From positions 1,163-65,162 of the IMG/VR virus record IMGVR_UViG_3300020046_002068: a stretch of DNA of 64,000 bases, one strand, 5' to 3'. Origin of the DNA: a virus (Duplodnaviria; Caudoviricetes). The position numbers and the translations under genes are program-made. Every line of letters begins with the position of its first letter. Position 1 is the first letter of the stretch. Shown here one piece after another: positions 17,414 through 26,481 of the stretch. The notes beneath the pieces are model-generated. The model was not told where the DNA came from. It searched no databases and saw nothing but the letters and a program-made list of their open reading frames with translations.

Positions 17414-17848
17414 ATGCACATCAAATTTCAGAGGATGCTCAACGAGTTCGCAATTATCATTCTGCCTCCTATTCCACGTAAGAGCGTGGACACTTACTAC
17501 CTGATCGACACGGCGGACGCTGACAGGTGGTTGTATAGTCGGTACATAGGGGTGTAGTGATATGAAGCTGTTTGATAATGGCTTAGACGACGGGCCTGGA
17601 TTCAGTGTCCTTGTTCAAGACTTACATCATGACTACTACATGGACGGTAGTTACTACATTATCAGAGCCATAAATGTGTTCTTGTTAGCGAGGTACTCCT
17701 AATGAACGTAGATATACATAAAGGGGGCGCGTTAGGTAGTACCTACTTCCACTTCATGGTCCAGCTTAATACCCGCGACGAGCCATTAATCCTAGTCGAG
17801 ATCGGTGAGTGCGACCAATACTTAGCTGAACGTTACGGAGTGTGGTGA
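17414..17848 (+). other. RY-microgene block X (3 ORFs)
   Basis: 17414-17557 WLYSRYI, 17562-17702 FLLARYS, 17702-17848 YLAERYG. Confidence 0.82.
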
Positions 17849-18186
17849 TGACCCCCGAGGCGAAAGTCAAAGTTAAGGTACGCAAGATACTGGACCTGTC
17901 TGATGTGTACTGGTACCAGCCTAACGCCGGGATGTACGGCACGTCTGGCATTGCCGATTTCGTGGGGGTGGTGGACTCGGTGCCGTTCCAGATCGAGACG
18001 AAGGCAGGCAAGGGGAAGATGACCGCACTGCAGCGCAAGAATGCTATGCACTTTCAGAACCATGGTGGTGTGTTCTTCCTGATCGATGGCACCGAGGTGG
18101 AGCTACTTCGACTGGAGGTGTTCCTGGAAAATCCTCACTTGCTATCTGCAAGGCCACCGTTGATACTCCCTCTTGTCGATGAATGA
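17848..18186 (+). CDS. VRR-NUC domain nuclease
   Basis: TPEAKVK...G.SGIADF...IETKAGKGKMTALQ (PD-(D/E)xK VRR-NUC pattern). Confidence 0.85.
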   Translation: MTPEAKVKVKVRKILDLSDVYWYQPNAGMYGTSGIADFVGVVDSVPFQIETKAGKGKMTALQRKNAMHFQNHGGVFFLIDGTEVELLRLEVFLENPHLLSARPPLILPLVDE

Positions 18187-18207
18187 CAGGCAGAGTACGA
18201 TGGCGAG

Positions 18208-18612
18208 ATGAGCGCCAAACTTTCTGTTCGGTCTGAGAAAAATCTTGTTGGTGTGCATCCGGATCTTGTCCGTGTTGTGCGCACTGCCAACGCTGCCACG
18301 GGGGAAGGCACGCCCATCCCCGGCTTCACGGTGATCGAGGGGCTGCGAACCAAGGACCGTCAGTCAGCACTGGTGCGGGCAGGCGCAAGCTGGACGATGA
18401 ACTCCCGGCACCTGACAGGGCACGCGGTAGACTTAGCTGTATGGGTAGAGTCGGAGAAGGACATCCGCTGGGAGTGGCGGTTGTACGAGGCTCTGTCCAA
18501 GATCGTGCTGCAAGCAGCCAAAGATGAGGGTGTCAACCTAGTCTGGGGTGGGTCATGGACAACCCGGGACGGGCCGCACTTTGAACTGAACCGAGACGTG
18601 TACCCAGCATGA
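18208..18612 (+). CDS. Endolysin, M15 family L-Ala-D-Glu peptidase
   Basis: EGLRT..RQ, SRHLTGHAVD, WGGSW...DGPHFEL motifs. Confidence 0.92.
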   Translation: MSAKLSVRSEKNLVGVHPDLVRVVRTANAATGEGTPIPGFTVIEGLRTKDRQSALVRAGASWTMNSRHLTGHAVDLAVWVESEKDIRWEWRLYEALSKIVLQAAKDEGVNLVWGGSWTTRDGPHFELNRDVYPA

Positions 18613-19178
18613 TCCCAGTCGCCTTGCTTTGGAAAGCTGCGCCCTACATTGCTGTAGTGGTGGGCTTGTCAGTATCGCATGGCTACATGTACGTCAAGGG
18701 TGTCAAGAGCGCAGAGAACAAACAGGCAGTGGCCACAGCACTAGCCAAAGAAGAAGCGCGCAAAACAGAACTATCCCTGCAGAGCAAGGTAGAGATGCAG
18801 GCGCTAGAGATTGAAGTCGAGCGAACCCGTCGGACTGCGGCGGAGAAGAAGCAACAGGAGAAGGTCAAGGTCTATGTCACTAAGATTGATCCTAATTGCC
18901 CTTCTATTGGTGGTGAGTTCAGGGTGCTCCACGACTCAGGCACCGGCACCAAGCCTGATCCGGATCCCGCCCCCGCCCCCGTTCGTGATGCTCCCGCCCG
19001 ACAACCTGATCCCCCTGCCGTCGAAGAAACCGAACTCGCCAGCACTACCCCCGGCGAAGTGATCGAGACGGTCAGCGAAAACTATCGTCGCGCTGGGGTC
19101 TGGCGCATGCAGCTAGTCGCCTGCCAGCAATACATCAACACAGTTGTGCGTCCCTTTTTCGCACCGGTCGGAGAATAA
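18609..19178 (+). CDS. rz: Inner-membrane spanin (Rz-like)
   Basis: N-terminal TM plus coiled coil directly after the endolysin; carries an embedded lipoprotein gene. Confidence 0.8.
   Translation: MIPVALLWKAAPYIAVVVGLSVSHGYMYVKGVKSAENKQAVATALAKEEARKTELSLQSKVEMQALEIEVERTRRTAAEKKQQEKVKVYVTKIDPNCPSIGGEFRVLHDSGTGTKPDPDPAPAPVRDAPARQPDPPAVEETELASTTPGEVIETVSENYRRAGVWRMQLVACQQYINTVVRPFFAPVGE
18874..19062 (+). CDS. rz1: Outer-membrane spanin lipoprotein (Rz1-like), embedded in +1 frame
   Basis: MSLRLILIALLLVVSSG-C lipobox and a Pro-rich mature part, fully inside Rz. Confidence 0.85.
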   Translation: MSLRLILIALLLVVSSGCSTTQAPAPSLIRIPPPPPFVMLPPDNLIPLPSKKPNSPALPPAK

Positions 19179-19181
19179 TCT

Positions 19182-19625
19182 ATGGCTACCTTTGTCCTCT
19201 TTCATGAGTTCGCTAACCATCTAGGTAAGAAGCTCATCAATCTGCAGGCCACTGATGTATTCAAGTGGGTGCTGGTACCAGCCGCTAACACTCCATCCCA
19301 GGCTAACGATACCCAGCTATCGAATATCACGCAGATTGCGAACGGTAACGGGTATACCACGGGTGGTACAGCGGAGCCGGTTACTACCTACGCCGAGACT
19401 GGTGCGGGTACGGGCATCTGGCAGTTTGGTACTGCATCCTCCGGACCGACATGGACAGCATCGGGCGGGTCTATCGCTACGTTCCAGTATGCTGTGCTCT
19501 ACGATGACACTGCTACCAACGATGAGTTAGTAGGCTACCTTGATTATGGTAGTACGGTGACCATCACGGTAGGCAATACCTTCACCATTGATGTGGGTGC
19601 CAACGGTATCTTCCGCATCTCGTAA
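19182..19625 (+). CDS. Putative virion structural or fibre-associated protein, 147 aa
   Basis: Beta-rich Thr/Gly protein; GNGYTTGG and YAVLYDDT...LVGYLDYG resemble a common phage family. Confidence 0.6.
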   Translation: MATFVLFHEFANHLGKKLINLQATDVFKWVLVPAANTPSQANDTQLSNITQIANGNGYTTGGTAEPVTTYAETGAGTGIWQFGTASSGPTWTASGGSIATFQYAVLYDDTATNDELVGYLDYGSTVTITVGNTFTIDVGANGIFRIS

Positions 19626-19627
19626 TC

Positions 19628-19930
19628 ATGGCACTGACCGCACTGCAGATTGCTGCGCTCAAGGACCGCCCCGAGATCTACAACCGGGTGCGGTACTACC
19701 TTGTCGGTCTGGCTGTGACCAAGGCGGGGGCAGCAATGCCATCGGATGTTGATCTGGCCATGGCTAAGCAGGTGCTGCAGGGTAAGGCTGACATCTCTCT
19801 GTGGTGCGAAGCGGTGCTCAACCAGTCGGACGTAGCCACATCGGCAGACCCGACTAAAGTTAGTGATAGCACTATGAACAGTGCTGTCTCATCCGTCTGG
19901 ACAGCGTTCGCTGTCGCTAGTTCTGTTTAG
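19628..19930 (+). CDS. Hypothetical protein, 100 aa
   Basis: Closely spaced ORF in operon. Confidence 0.7.
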   Translation: MALTALQIAALKDRPEIYNRVRYYLVGLAVTKAGAAMPSDVDLAMAKQVLQGKADISLWCEAVLNQSDVATSADPTKVSDSTMNSAVSSVWTAFAVASSV

Positions 19931-19938
19931 GAGTAGAC

Positions 19939-20418
19939 ATGGGTACCCTCACCAACGCCCAAGTGGCGACCCTACGTACCAACATGCTGGCTGATCCGGC
20001 ACTGGCTACGCACCTTGCCAACCAAGACGTTGCGTCTATCATGGACTACTACAATACGGAAGCCCCTGGTCCGTATGTGGTGTGGCGCTCCGACTTTACT
20101 CCCGAGCGCATGCGCGCTGCCATTGTCTGGACGGAAGTGGATGCGCTGACCGTAGGTAAGGCGCGGATCTGGGAGTGGCTGACCAACCGCATGACCATGA
20201 CCATCAACATGAACGATGGTAGTGTGCGTCAAGCCGTGGGCGATGCGTTCACTGGCACCTCGACCCTGTCCCCCCTGCGCAACGCAGCCAAGCGCGCAGC
20301 CACCCGCATCGAGCAGATGTTCGCCACTGGCACTGGGGCGCAAGGCGTGCCCAGCGTGCTGGGATTCGAAGGTCCGGTCAGTCTCGCCGACATCATCCGC
20401 GCCAACACCCCTGTCTAA
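19939..20418 (+). CDS. Hypothetical protein, 159 aa
   Basis: AGGAG SD. Confidence 0.75.
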   Translation: MGTLTNAQVATLRTNMLADPALATHLANQDVASIMDYYNTEAPGPYVVWRSDFTPERMRAAIVWTEVDALTVGKARIWEWLTNRMTMTINMNDGSVRQAVGDAFTGTSTLSPLRNAAKRAATRIEQMFATGTGAQGVPSVLGFEGPVSLADIIRANTPV

Positions 20419-20432
20419 CTTAAGGTCCCATC

Positions 20433-21089
20433 TTGCTTACTACAGTCAAGCTGGGGATCTGCATCCCCACATCCGGCATGTGCCGTACTTGGTTCACCTA
20501 TTCGCTGGCTAATCTTGTTGCCCGTGTTGGCTCGCTGCGCTTCCCCCCTACCATCAAGTCGTTTGAATTATCGTTGTTTGTGCAAGAGACCTCGGTCATC
20601 CATGCGAACCGCGAGAAGCTGGTAGAGGAAGCGCTGGGATGGGGGGCTACCCACATCCTGTTCCTTGATGATGACATGGCATTCGACCCGCCAGTGCTGG
20701 AGTTGCTGTTCTCCCGGCACCAACCGATGGTGGCGTGCAACTACCCGAAGCGTGGATTCCCCATCACGTTCACCGCAGTTCGGGCGGACATGCAGGGCAC
20801 CATCGTAACGACAGAGCATTCGACGGGGCTGGAAGAGGCGTACTACACCGGGTTCGGTGTGGCGCTGATCGATGCCGAAGTCTTTAAGAAGATGCCGCAG
20901 CCTTGGTTTATGCCGTTGTACGTGGCTGAGCAGAAGCAGTACACCACTGAAGATAATCCGTTCTGCGAGCGACTGCGGGCAGCGGGGTTTAAGGTATTCG
21001 TTGACCACGATGCTAGCAAGATAGTCACCCATATCGGCACCCACTCATACAAGTGGGACCAGTACAGCCCGGAGAAACAAGATGGCTAA
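20433..21089 (+). CDS. Glycosyltransferase, GT-A fold (GT2-like)
   Basis: ICIPT, NREKLV, ILFLDDD (DxD), GFGVALI, EDxxFC, HIG motifs. Confidence 0.8.
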   Translation: MLTTVKLGICIPTSGMCRTWFTYSLANLVARVGSLRFPPTIKSFELSLFVQETSVIHANREKLVEEALGWGATHILFLDDDMAFDPPVLELLFSRHQPMVACNYPKRGFPITFTAVRADMQGTIVTTEHSTGLEEAYYTGFGVALIDAEVFKKMPQPWFMPLYVAEQKQYTTEDNPFCERLRAAGFKVFVDHDASKIVTHIGTHSYKWDQYSPEKQDG

Positions 21090-21543
21090 TCAGGTAATCT
21101 ATCAGTACAGTACCCAGATCGTTGCGGCGTCGGATACCAACACGGTACCGGCAGGGTCGTTCAGTGTGGCATCGGCATCGGTCGCACTGACCAGCGCGAA
21201 CCACTTCAACTACCCGATGGGGGACTTCTCCCTGTTCCACTCGGCCACCGCCTCGGTGTCGTCGGCGTCGAACACGGTGCTACTGTTCCGTCGGGATATC
21301 AACATCGACAGCACGAACGATGGGCCGGTGCCGATCACGTCCACGATCAGCCCGTATTCCAATACGTTCGTAGGTGCATTCACGGTGCCTGCCTACACGG
21401 GGGCCACGTCATCGTACATCTCGCTGACCGATATCCCGATCACCAAAGAGTGCGAGTTCTACCTGCAGAACAGCACCAACCAGCCCATCGCTGCGAACTG
21501 GGTACTGAAGTTCACGCCTAAGACCTGGGCACCGGGCGCTTAA
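21082..21543 (+). CDS. Ser/Thr-rich hypothetical (likely virion) protein, 153 aa
   Basis: GGAG SD; beta-rich composition. Confidence 0.65.
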   Translation: MANQVIYQYSTQIVAASDTNTVPAGSFSVASASVALTSANHFNYPMGDFSLFHSATASVSSASNTVLLFRRDINIDSTNDGPVPITSTISPYSNTFVGAFTVPAYTGATSSYISLTDIPITKECEFYLQNSTNQPIAANWVLKFTPKTWAPGA

Positions 21544-21610
21544 GGACTACCGTGCACGTACTGCATGCCGTCGTAGTGGCAGGTATCGTCATGTCTGACG
21601 AGGTGTTGCT

Positions 21611-23146
21611 ATGGGCATGATCTGGACGAGTAAGACTAGGACTAGGCAGCCGCAAGGAGCTATAAAACCGGCGGCTGGTTTGCCGCTAGCCTATCTCGGG
21701 GGGACGCATAACGGATGGCGGAATTTTGCCAATGTCGCGCCGACCATTCCGTCTGGCTGGTCGGTCACCACTGATAGGTTTGGTATCGCGAACGCGTGCG
21801 ACGGCGCCAGCACGATGGCGGTCTCAGGGCAGGGGTTAGCCACCGATAGAAAATCAATTGTAATCCTGTTCAAGACCGGGGCGACCGCATCGGCGTTTGG
21901 CGTTGTAATGTCGCTCGATGATGCCGGGGGCGCAAATTCACCGGCGCGCATCCAATATGACGCCTCTGGAGTTTCGCTGGTTTACACGGTGCGGGACTCA
22001 GTTGGAAACTATCAAACACCCACCTTAATTGCCTCACCGGCTCTCAATACTTGGTATTGCGTCGCGCTGTCTGACAATCAAGCATCCGGTGTGCGGGTTA
22101 GTATTAACGGCTCCGCAGCGCAGTCCATAGCAGGATATGCTAAGCAATATGTGATAGTCGCTGGTTTGTATGTTGGCGGCTACGGCGGCTCGGGCGCAAA
22201 CTGGACCGGCAAAGTCGCATTGATCGGATGGTCGAACAATCTGCTGTCTGATTTTCAGCTACAGGCGTACGCAGCAAACCCCTGGCAACTCTTCGCCCCC
22301 GAACAGACCCCTAAGTTCTACTCCCTACCCGCTGCTACTAGTAGTGGGATGATATGGACAAGTAAGACAAGAACTAGGCAGCCTAGCGGACCTGTTGGGA
22401 TTAATCGTTCAAACCCAGTTAGTCGTCAAATTATTGATTCTCTGTTGTTTAGCAACGGAATTCCAATAAATGTCGCACGAACTTCGTCAACGATAAGTAA
22501 AACCGGAACACCTGTTACTGAAATAACAAGTAAAGGCGTTGCCTCCTATTTGTCCGCCGGGGCATCTTGGAACATAACTAGCTCCACCAATTACGCGGCC
22601 GGCGATTTCACGATTCGCTGCGTTGTGATGTTTAGAGCCTTTGGCTCTTATGCCACGCTTATCGATAAAGATAATGGCGCAGGGTTTCGAGAGATAGCTT
22701 TTTTCTTAGATACGTCGGGGAACATTAATTACATCGGGATCGGCGGTGTAAACAACACAGATAGTGTCTCTCTTGGTTTAAGTCTAAATGTCTTATACGA
22801 CATTGTAATAACGCGTGTTGGTTCAACAGTTGCATTTTACGTTGACGGGCGGTTCAAGGGGAACCCCACGTTGCCCTACTCTGGGACAACTGGGTCGGCA
22901 AATCCGCTGGTGCTTGCCAGGAACTCGTCCGGCGGCGGGGTAAACACAAACGCGGTGTTTTTATCGTTTGATACTTGGAGTCGTGGTTTATCCTCTCCTG
23001 AGATTAACTCTCTGTATCAAAACCCCTGGCAACTTTATGTTCCAGAAAAGCGTCCTCTTTTCTTTAGCACAGGTGGTGGAGGGGGCGGTGCTGGTACTAA
23101 GATCCTAATCCCCTATCGACGCGTATGGACTAGGCAACCCCGATGA
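21611..23146 (+). CDS. Tandem ConA/LamG-like lectin domain protein (putative receptor binding)
   Basis: Two ~230-aa beta-sandwich modules, each MIWTSKTRTRQP...NPWQL; LamG-like WYCVA, VAFYVDG segments. Confidence 0.7.
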   Translation: MGMIWTSKTRTRQPQGAIKPAAGLPLAYLGGTHNGWRNFANVAPTIPSGWSVTTDRFGIANACDGASTMAVSGQGLATDRKSIVILFKTGATASAFGVVMSLDDAGGANSPARIQYDASGVSLVYTVRDSVGNYQTPTLIASPALNTWYCVALSDNQASGVRVSINGSAAQSIAGYAKQYVIVAGLYVGGYGGSGANWTGKVALIGWSNNLLSDFQLQAYAANPWQLFAPEQTPKFYSLPAATSSGMIWTSKTRTRQPSGPVGINRSNPVSRQIIDSLLFSNGIPINVARTSSTISKTGTPVTEITSKGVASYLSAGASWNITSSTNYAAGDFTIRCVVMFRAFGSYATLIDKDNGAGFREIAFFLDTSGNINYIGIGGVNNTDSVSLGLSLNVLYDIVITRVGSTVAFYVDGRFKGNPTLPYSGTTGSANPLVLARNSSGGGVNTNAVFLSFDTWSRGLSSPEINSLYQNPWQLYVPEKRPLFFSTGGGGGGAGTKILIPYRRVWTRQPR

Positions 23147-24576
23147 TCCGCATCAACTGGGCAGACCCTATCACGAAAGGCTTGAAGTCCCTCATTGCGT
23201 GGGACGGGCGGGATTACGTCGCCAACAAGCCAGCCGTGTGGTCGGGCACTGCAACCGGTACCGATGCTGGACCGAGGGGAGTGGGGCGGCAGTTCGCTGG
23301 GTCAGGAGATCAGTCGTCAGTAACAACCACCGGGTGGGCCACAGCCGGAACGATGCTGGTTGTGCTGAACAAGGTAGGCAGCACGGGTACTGGCTATGGC
23401 GTTGCGGGCAATCGGAACGGGGGACTGACCGGCGGTGGGATCATGCTTGCCGGACTGGGAACTGGACAGTGGGGTTACATCGACGGTACTACGGAGAAGC
23501 CTAGCGGGCAAACTTTAGCGGCTAGCGACTCTCCGGTTCTGGCTGTATCGGTTGTGCCAAGTGCCGTGTACATGTACTACAACGGGGTAGAAGTATATGC
23601 CGATACGATAGCTAACCAAGCCAACGGCGTGTTCTGCATAGGCGCTGTGGGGGTAGGTTACGGCGGTAGTGGTGTTAGCGCCAACGTTGTATACGGGGCG
23701 TACTGGGACCGCAGGCTGACGGTACGGGAGCAAGCGCGCATTGCGAAGAACACATGGTGTCTGTTCGAACCTGAGTTGGTGTTCCTCCCGGCTAGTAATT
23801 ACAGTGCTAGTACCAGTACTACGTTAACTGTAACAGCGGGTGCCCTGACGATCACCGGGCAGAGCATTACGTTCAACCGCACGCTGGTGGCTACGAACGG
23901 GGCACTGACCCTGGCGGGCCAAGCGATCACGTTCAACCGCACGATGCCGGTCACGAACGGCGCGCTGACGGTAGCAGGGCAGACAATCACCATGCCTCGC
24001 ACGGTGGTGGTAGGTAACGGGGATGTCACCCTCACGGGTCAGTCCATCAGCCTGCTGCAAGGTACCTCGCTGTCGGTAACGGCGGGTGCTCTGACGATCA
24101 CCGGGCAAGACATCACCTTCGCCCACACCATGCCGGTCACAACCGGTGCGGTGACGATCACCGGGCAGACGATCACCCTGACAGCGGGTGGGTCGGTCTC
24201 GGTGGCACTGGACGCAGGCGCACTGACGATCACCGGGCAGTCCATCGGGATGGCCATCTCGCAGACGGTTACGTCCGGGGCATTGGCACTGAACGGCCAG
24301 AGCATCGTATTGTCACGCACCATGCCGGTGACGGCGGGTGCTTTGACTATCACTGGTCAGAGTATTACTCTAACTGTAGCTGGAAGCGTTACCCTATCTG
24401 TTACGGCTGGGGCGTTGACAATTACAGGGCAAGACATTACAATGACTAACTCGGGGGGTGACGTTTATTTCCGTCGTGTGCCCGCCGCTGCAGCTACTTC
24501 GTTCGTAGAGATCAGCCAGTCTACTGGCAACTTCACTGAGATCGTACCTAAACCTGCCGGATCTGTTGACCCATAA
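23143..24576 (+). CDS. LamG-like domain plus ten GALTITGQ repeats (fibre-like)
   Basis: N-terminal lectin-like module, then 10 repeats of ~19-23 aa (about 23830-24440). Confidence 0.7.
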   Translation: MIRINWADPITKGLKSLIAWDGRDYVANKPAVWSGTATGTDAGPRGVGRQFAGSGDQSSVTTTGWATAGTMLVVLNKVGSTGTGYGVAGNRNGGLTGGGIMLAGLGTGQWGYIDGTTEKPSGQTLAASDSPVLAVSVVPSAVYMYYNGVEVYADTIANQANGVFCIGAVGVGYGGSGVSANVVYGAYWDRRLTVREQARIAKNTWCLFEPELVFLPASNYSASTSTTLTVTAGALTITGQSITFNRTLVATNGALTLAGQAITFNRTMPVTNGALTVAGQTITMPRTVVVGNGDVTLTGQSISLLQGTSLSVTAGALTITGQDITFAHTMPVTTGAVTITGQTITLTAGGSVSVALDAGALTITGQSIGMAISQTVTSGALALNGQSIVLSRTMPVTAGALTITGQSITLTVAGSVTLSVTAGALTITGQDITMTNSGGDVYFRRVPAAAATSFVEISQSTGNFTEIVPKPAGSVDP

Positions 24577-26408
24577 TGGCTGTCATTACACTAGATCTAG
24601 AAACACACTACTCACAAGACTACTCACTAACCAAGCTAACCACCGAGAAGTACATTCGTGATCCACGCTTCGAAGTTATCTTGGTTAGCATTGCACGGGA
24701 CAACGATGATCCGATCTGGTTCACGGGGGACGACTCTGAAGTAGGAGAATTCCTACGAAGACACGTAACCTCAGACGACATCCTTGTCGCACACAACGCC
24801 GCATTCGATGCGGCGATTTTGTCTTGGCGGTACGGCATCCGTCCGGGGCTGATCATGGACACGGTGTCAATGGGGCGGGCGCTGGTGGGCGAGCAGTCGG
24901 GTGCATCCCTGGCCAAGCTGGCGGGCTTCTTCGGGCTAGGCGAGAAGGGGCACGAGGTCGTCACGTTCAAGGGCAAGCGGCGGGCTGACTTCACCCCCGA
25001 GGAACTGCGGGCCTATGCCGGGTACTGCATGAACGATGTGGTGCTGTGCCGTGCGCTTGCACACAAGATGCTAGAGACGTTCCCGGCCGAAGAACTGGAG
25101 ATCGTGGACATGACCATGCGCATGTTCACCGAGCCGGTGCTGGAGTTGGATGAGCCGCTGCTGACTGCGTACTACAAGCGGGTGGTGGACAGGCGCAATG
25201 CCCTGCTGGAATCGTCGGTGGTGGACCGCAAGTCGCTGATGTCCAACCCCAAGCTGGCGGCGATCCTCGAAGCGTTCGGCGTGGATGTGCCACGCAAGAT
25301 CAGTCCGACTACCAAGAAAGAAACCTGGGCCTTCGCCAAGACCGATGCTGCATTCACTGCATTATTGGAACACCCTGACGAGATGGTGCGGGACATTGTG
25401 GCCGCACGGTTGGGGGTCAAGTCAACGTTAGAAGAAACAAGGATACAATCCTTCATAGAGGTGAGCCATCGTGGAACTTTGCCTATTGCACTCAAGTATT
25501 CCGGGGCTGGGACGCACCGTTACAGCGGTGCAGATGGCCAAAACATTCAAAACATACCATCCCGTGATGCGACTAAACGGGATCTTAAGCGTTCGATACG
25601 GGCTCCCGATGGATCTGTCATCGTATCTGCCGACTCTTCCCAAATCGAAGCTCGGCTCACTCCATACTTTTGTGGACAGCAGGATCTAGTAGACATCTTC
25701 GCCAGCGGTAGGGACCCCTATTGTGAGTTCGCTACTATGGCGTACAATAGACCCATAACGAAGGCGGATAAGAATGAAAGGTTCACCGGCAAGACCTGCA
25801 TCCTTGGGCTTGGTTACGGTACCGGGCGCGACAAACTACAGGGTACACTCAAGCAACAAGGTGGGGTGGTGGTTACCACAGAAGAGTCTCAGCGTCTCGT
25901 TGACCTCTATCGGAATGCATATCCACGAATTCCCGAAATGTGGAGACATCTGGGGACGGTACTTCAGGCTCTGATGCGCGGGCAGTTCATGCCGGTGGAC
26001 AACTACGGTCTCATCCGCATGGTGCCAGACGGACTGATGGGGCCGACAGGCTTGGTCATGCAGTACCCCAAGCTGCACCAGCGTAAGAACACGGAGACAG
26101 GCTATGATGAGATGGTGTATTGGTCAGAGCGTAAGCGGTCGTACCAGTATATATACGGCGCCAAGTTATTGGAGAACTGTATACAGCATCTAGCACGTTG
26201 TGTCATCGCCGAGCAGATGCGGACCATCAACCGCAGGTACAAAGTATTGTTTCAAGTACACGATGAGATTGTACTGCTGGTCCCCGAGCAAGAGGCCGAC
26301 GTGGCTTTGGACTTCGTGGTCAGCACGATGAGAACCGCCCCCGCCTGGGCACCGGGCCTGCCGGTGAATTGTGAAGCGGGATACGCGGATAACTATGGAG
26401 ATGCGTGA
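24576..26408 (+). CDS. DNA polymerase, family A, with 3'-5' exonuclease
   Basis: DLET, AHNAAFD, YCMND exonuclease motifs; SADSSQIEAR (A), KTCILGLGYG (B), QVHDE (C). Confidence 0.95.
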   Translation: MAVITLDLETHYSQDYSLTKLTTEKYIRDPRFEVILVSIARDNDDPIWFTGDDSEVGEFLRRHVTSDDILVAHNAAFDAAILSWRYGIRPGLIMDTVSMGRALVGEQSGASLAKLAGFFGLGEKGHEVVTFKGKRRADFTPEELRAYAGYCMNDVVLCRALAHKMLETFPAEELEIVDMTMRMFTEPVLELDEPLLTAYYKRVVDRRNALLESSVVDRKSLMSNPKLAAILEAFGVDVPRKISPTTKKETWAFAKTDAAFTALLEHPDEMVRDIVAARLGVKSTLEETRIQSFIEVSHRGTLPIALKYSGAGTHRYSGADGQNIQNIPSRDATKRDLKRSIRAPDGSVIVSADSSQIEARLTPYFCGQQDLVDIFASGRDPYCEFATMAYNRPITKADKNERFTGKTCILGLGYGTGRDKLQGTLKQQGGVVVTTEESQRLVDLYRNAYPRIPEMWRHLGTVLQALMRGQFMPVDNYGLIRMVPDGLMGPTGLVMQYPKLHQRKNTETGYDEMVYWSERKRSYQYIYGAKLLENCIQHLARCVIAEQMRTINRRYKVLFQVHDEIVLLVPEQEADVALDFVVSTMRTAPAWAPGLPVNCEAGYADNYGDA

Positions 26409-26481
26409 TGGAGTTACGAGTCATTGAGTATGGTAGTATGTTTCACGTTATCCACATCATGTACAAAGGTAAGGGGGCAAG

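Noticed and set aside
2113-17848. RY as a pure by-product of the Shine-Dalgarno sequence (G-AGG-TA read in frame)
   Set aside because: It explains part of the AGG-TAC cases. It does not explain the many units with CGC/CGA/CGT/AGA-TAY, units whose SD lies separately downstream of RY (3920, 5353, 10467), or the conserved aromatic-hydrophobic pair upstream. It remains a partial contributor.
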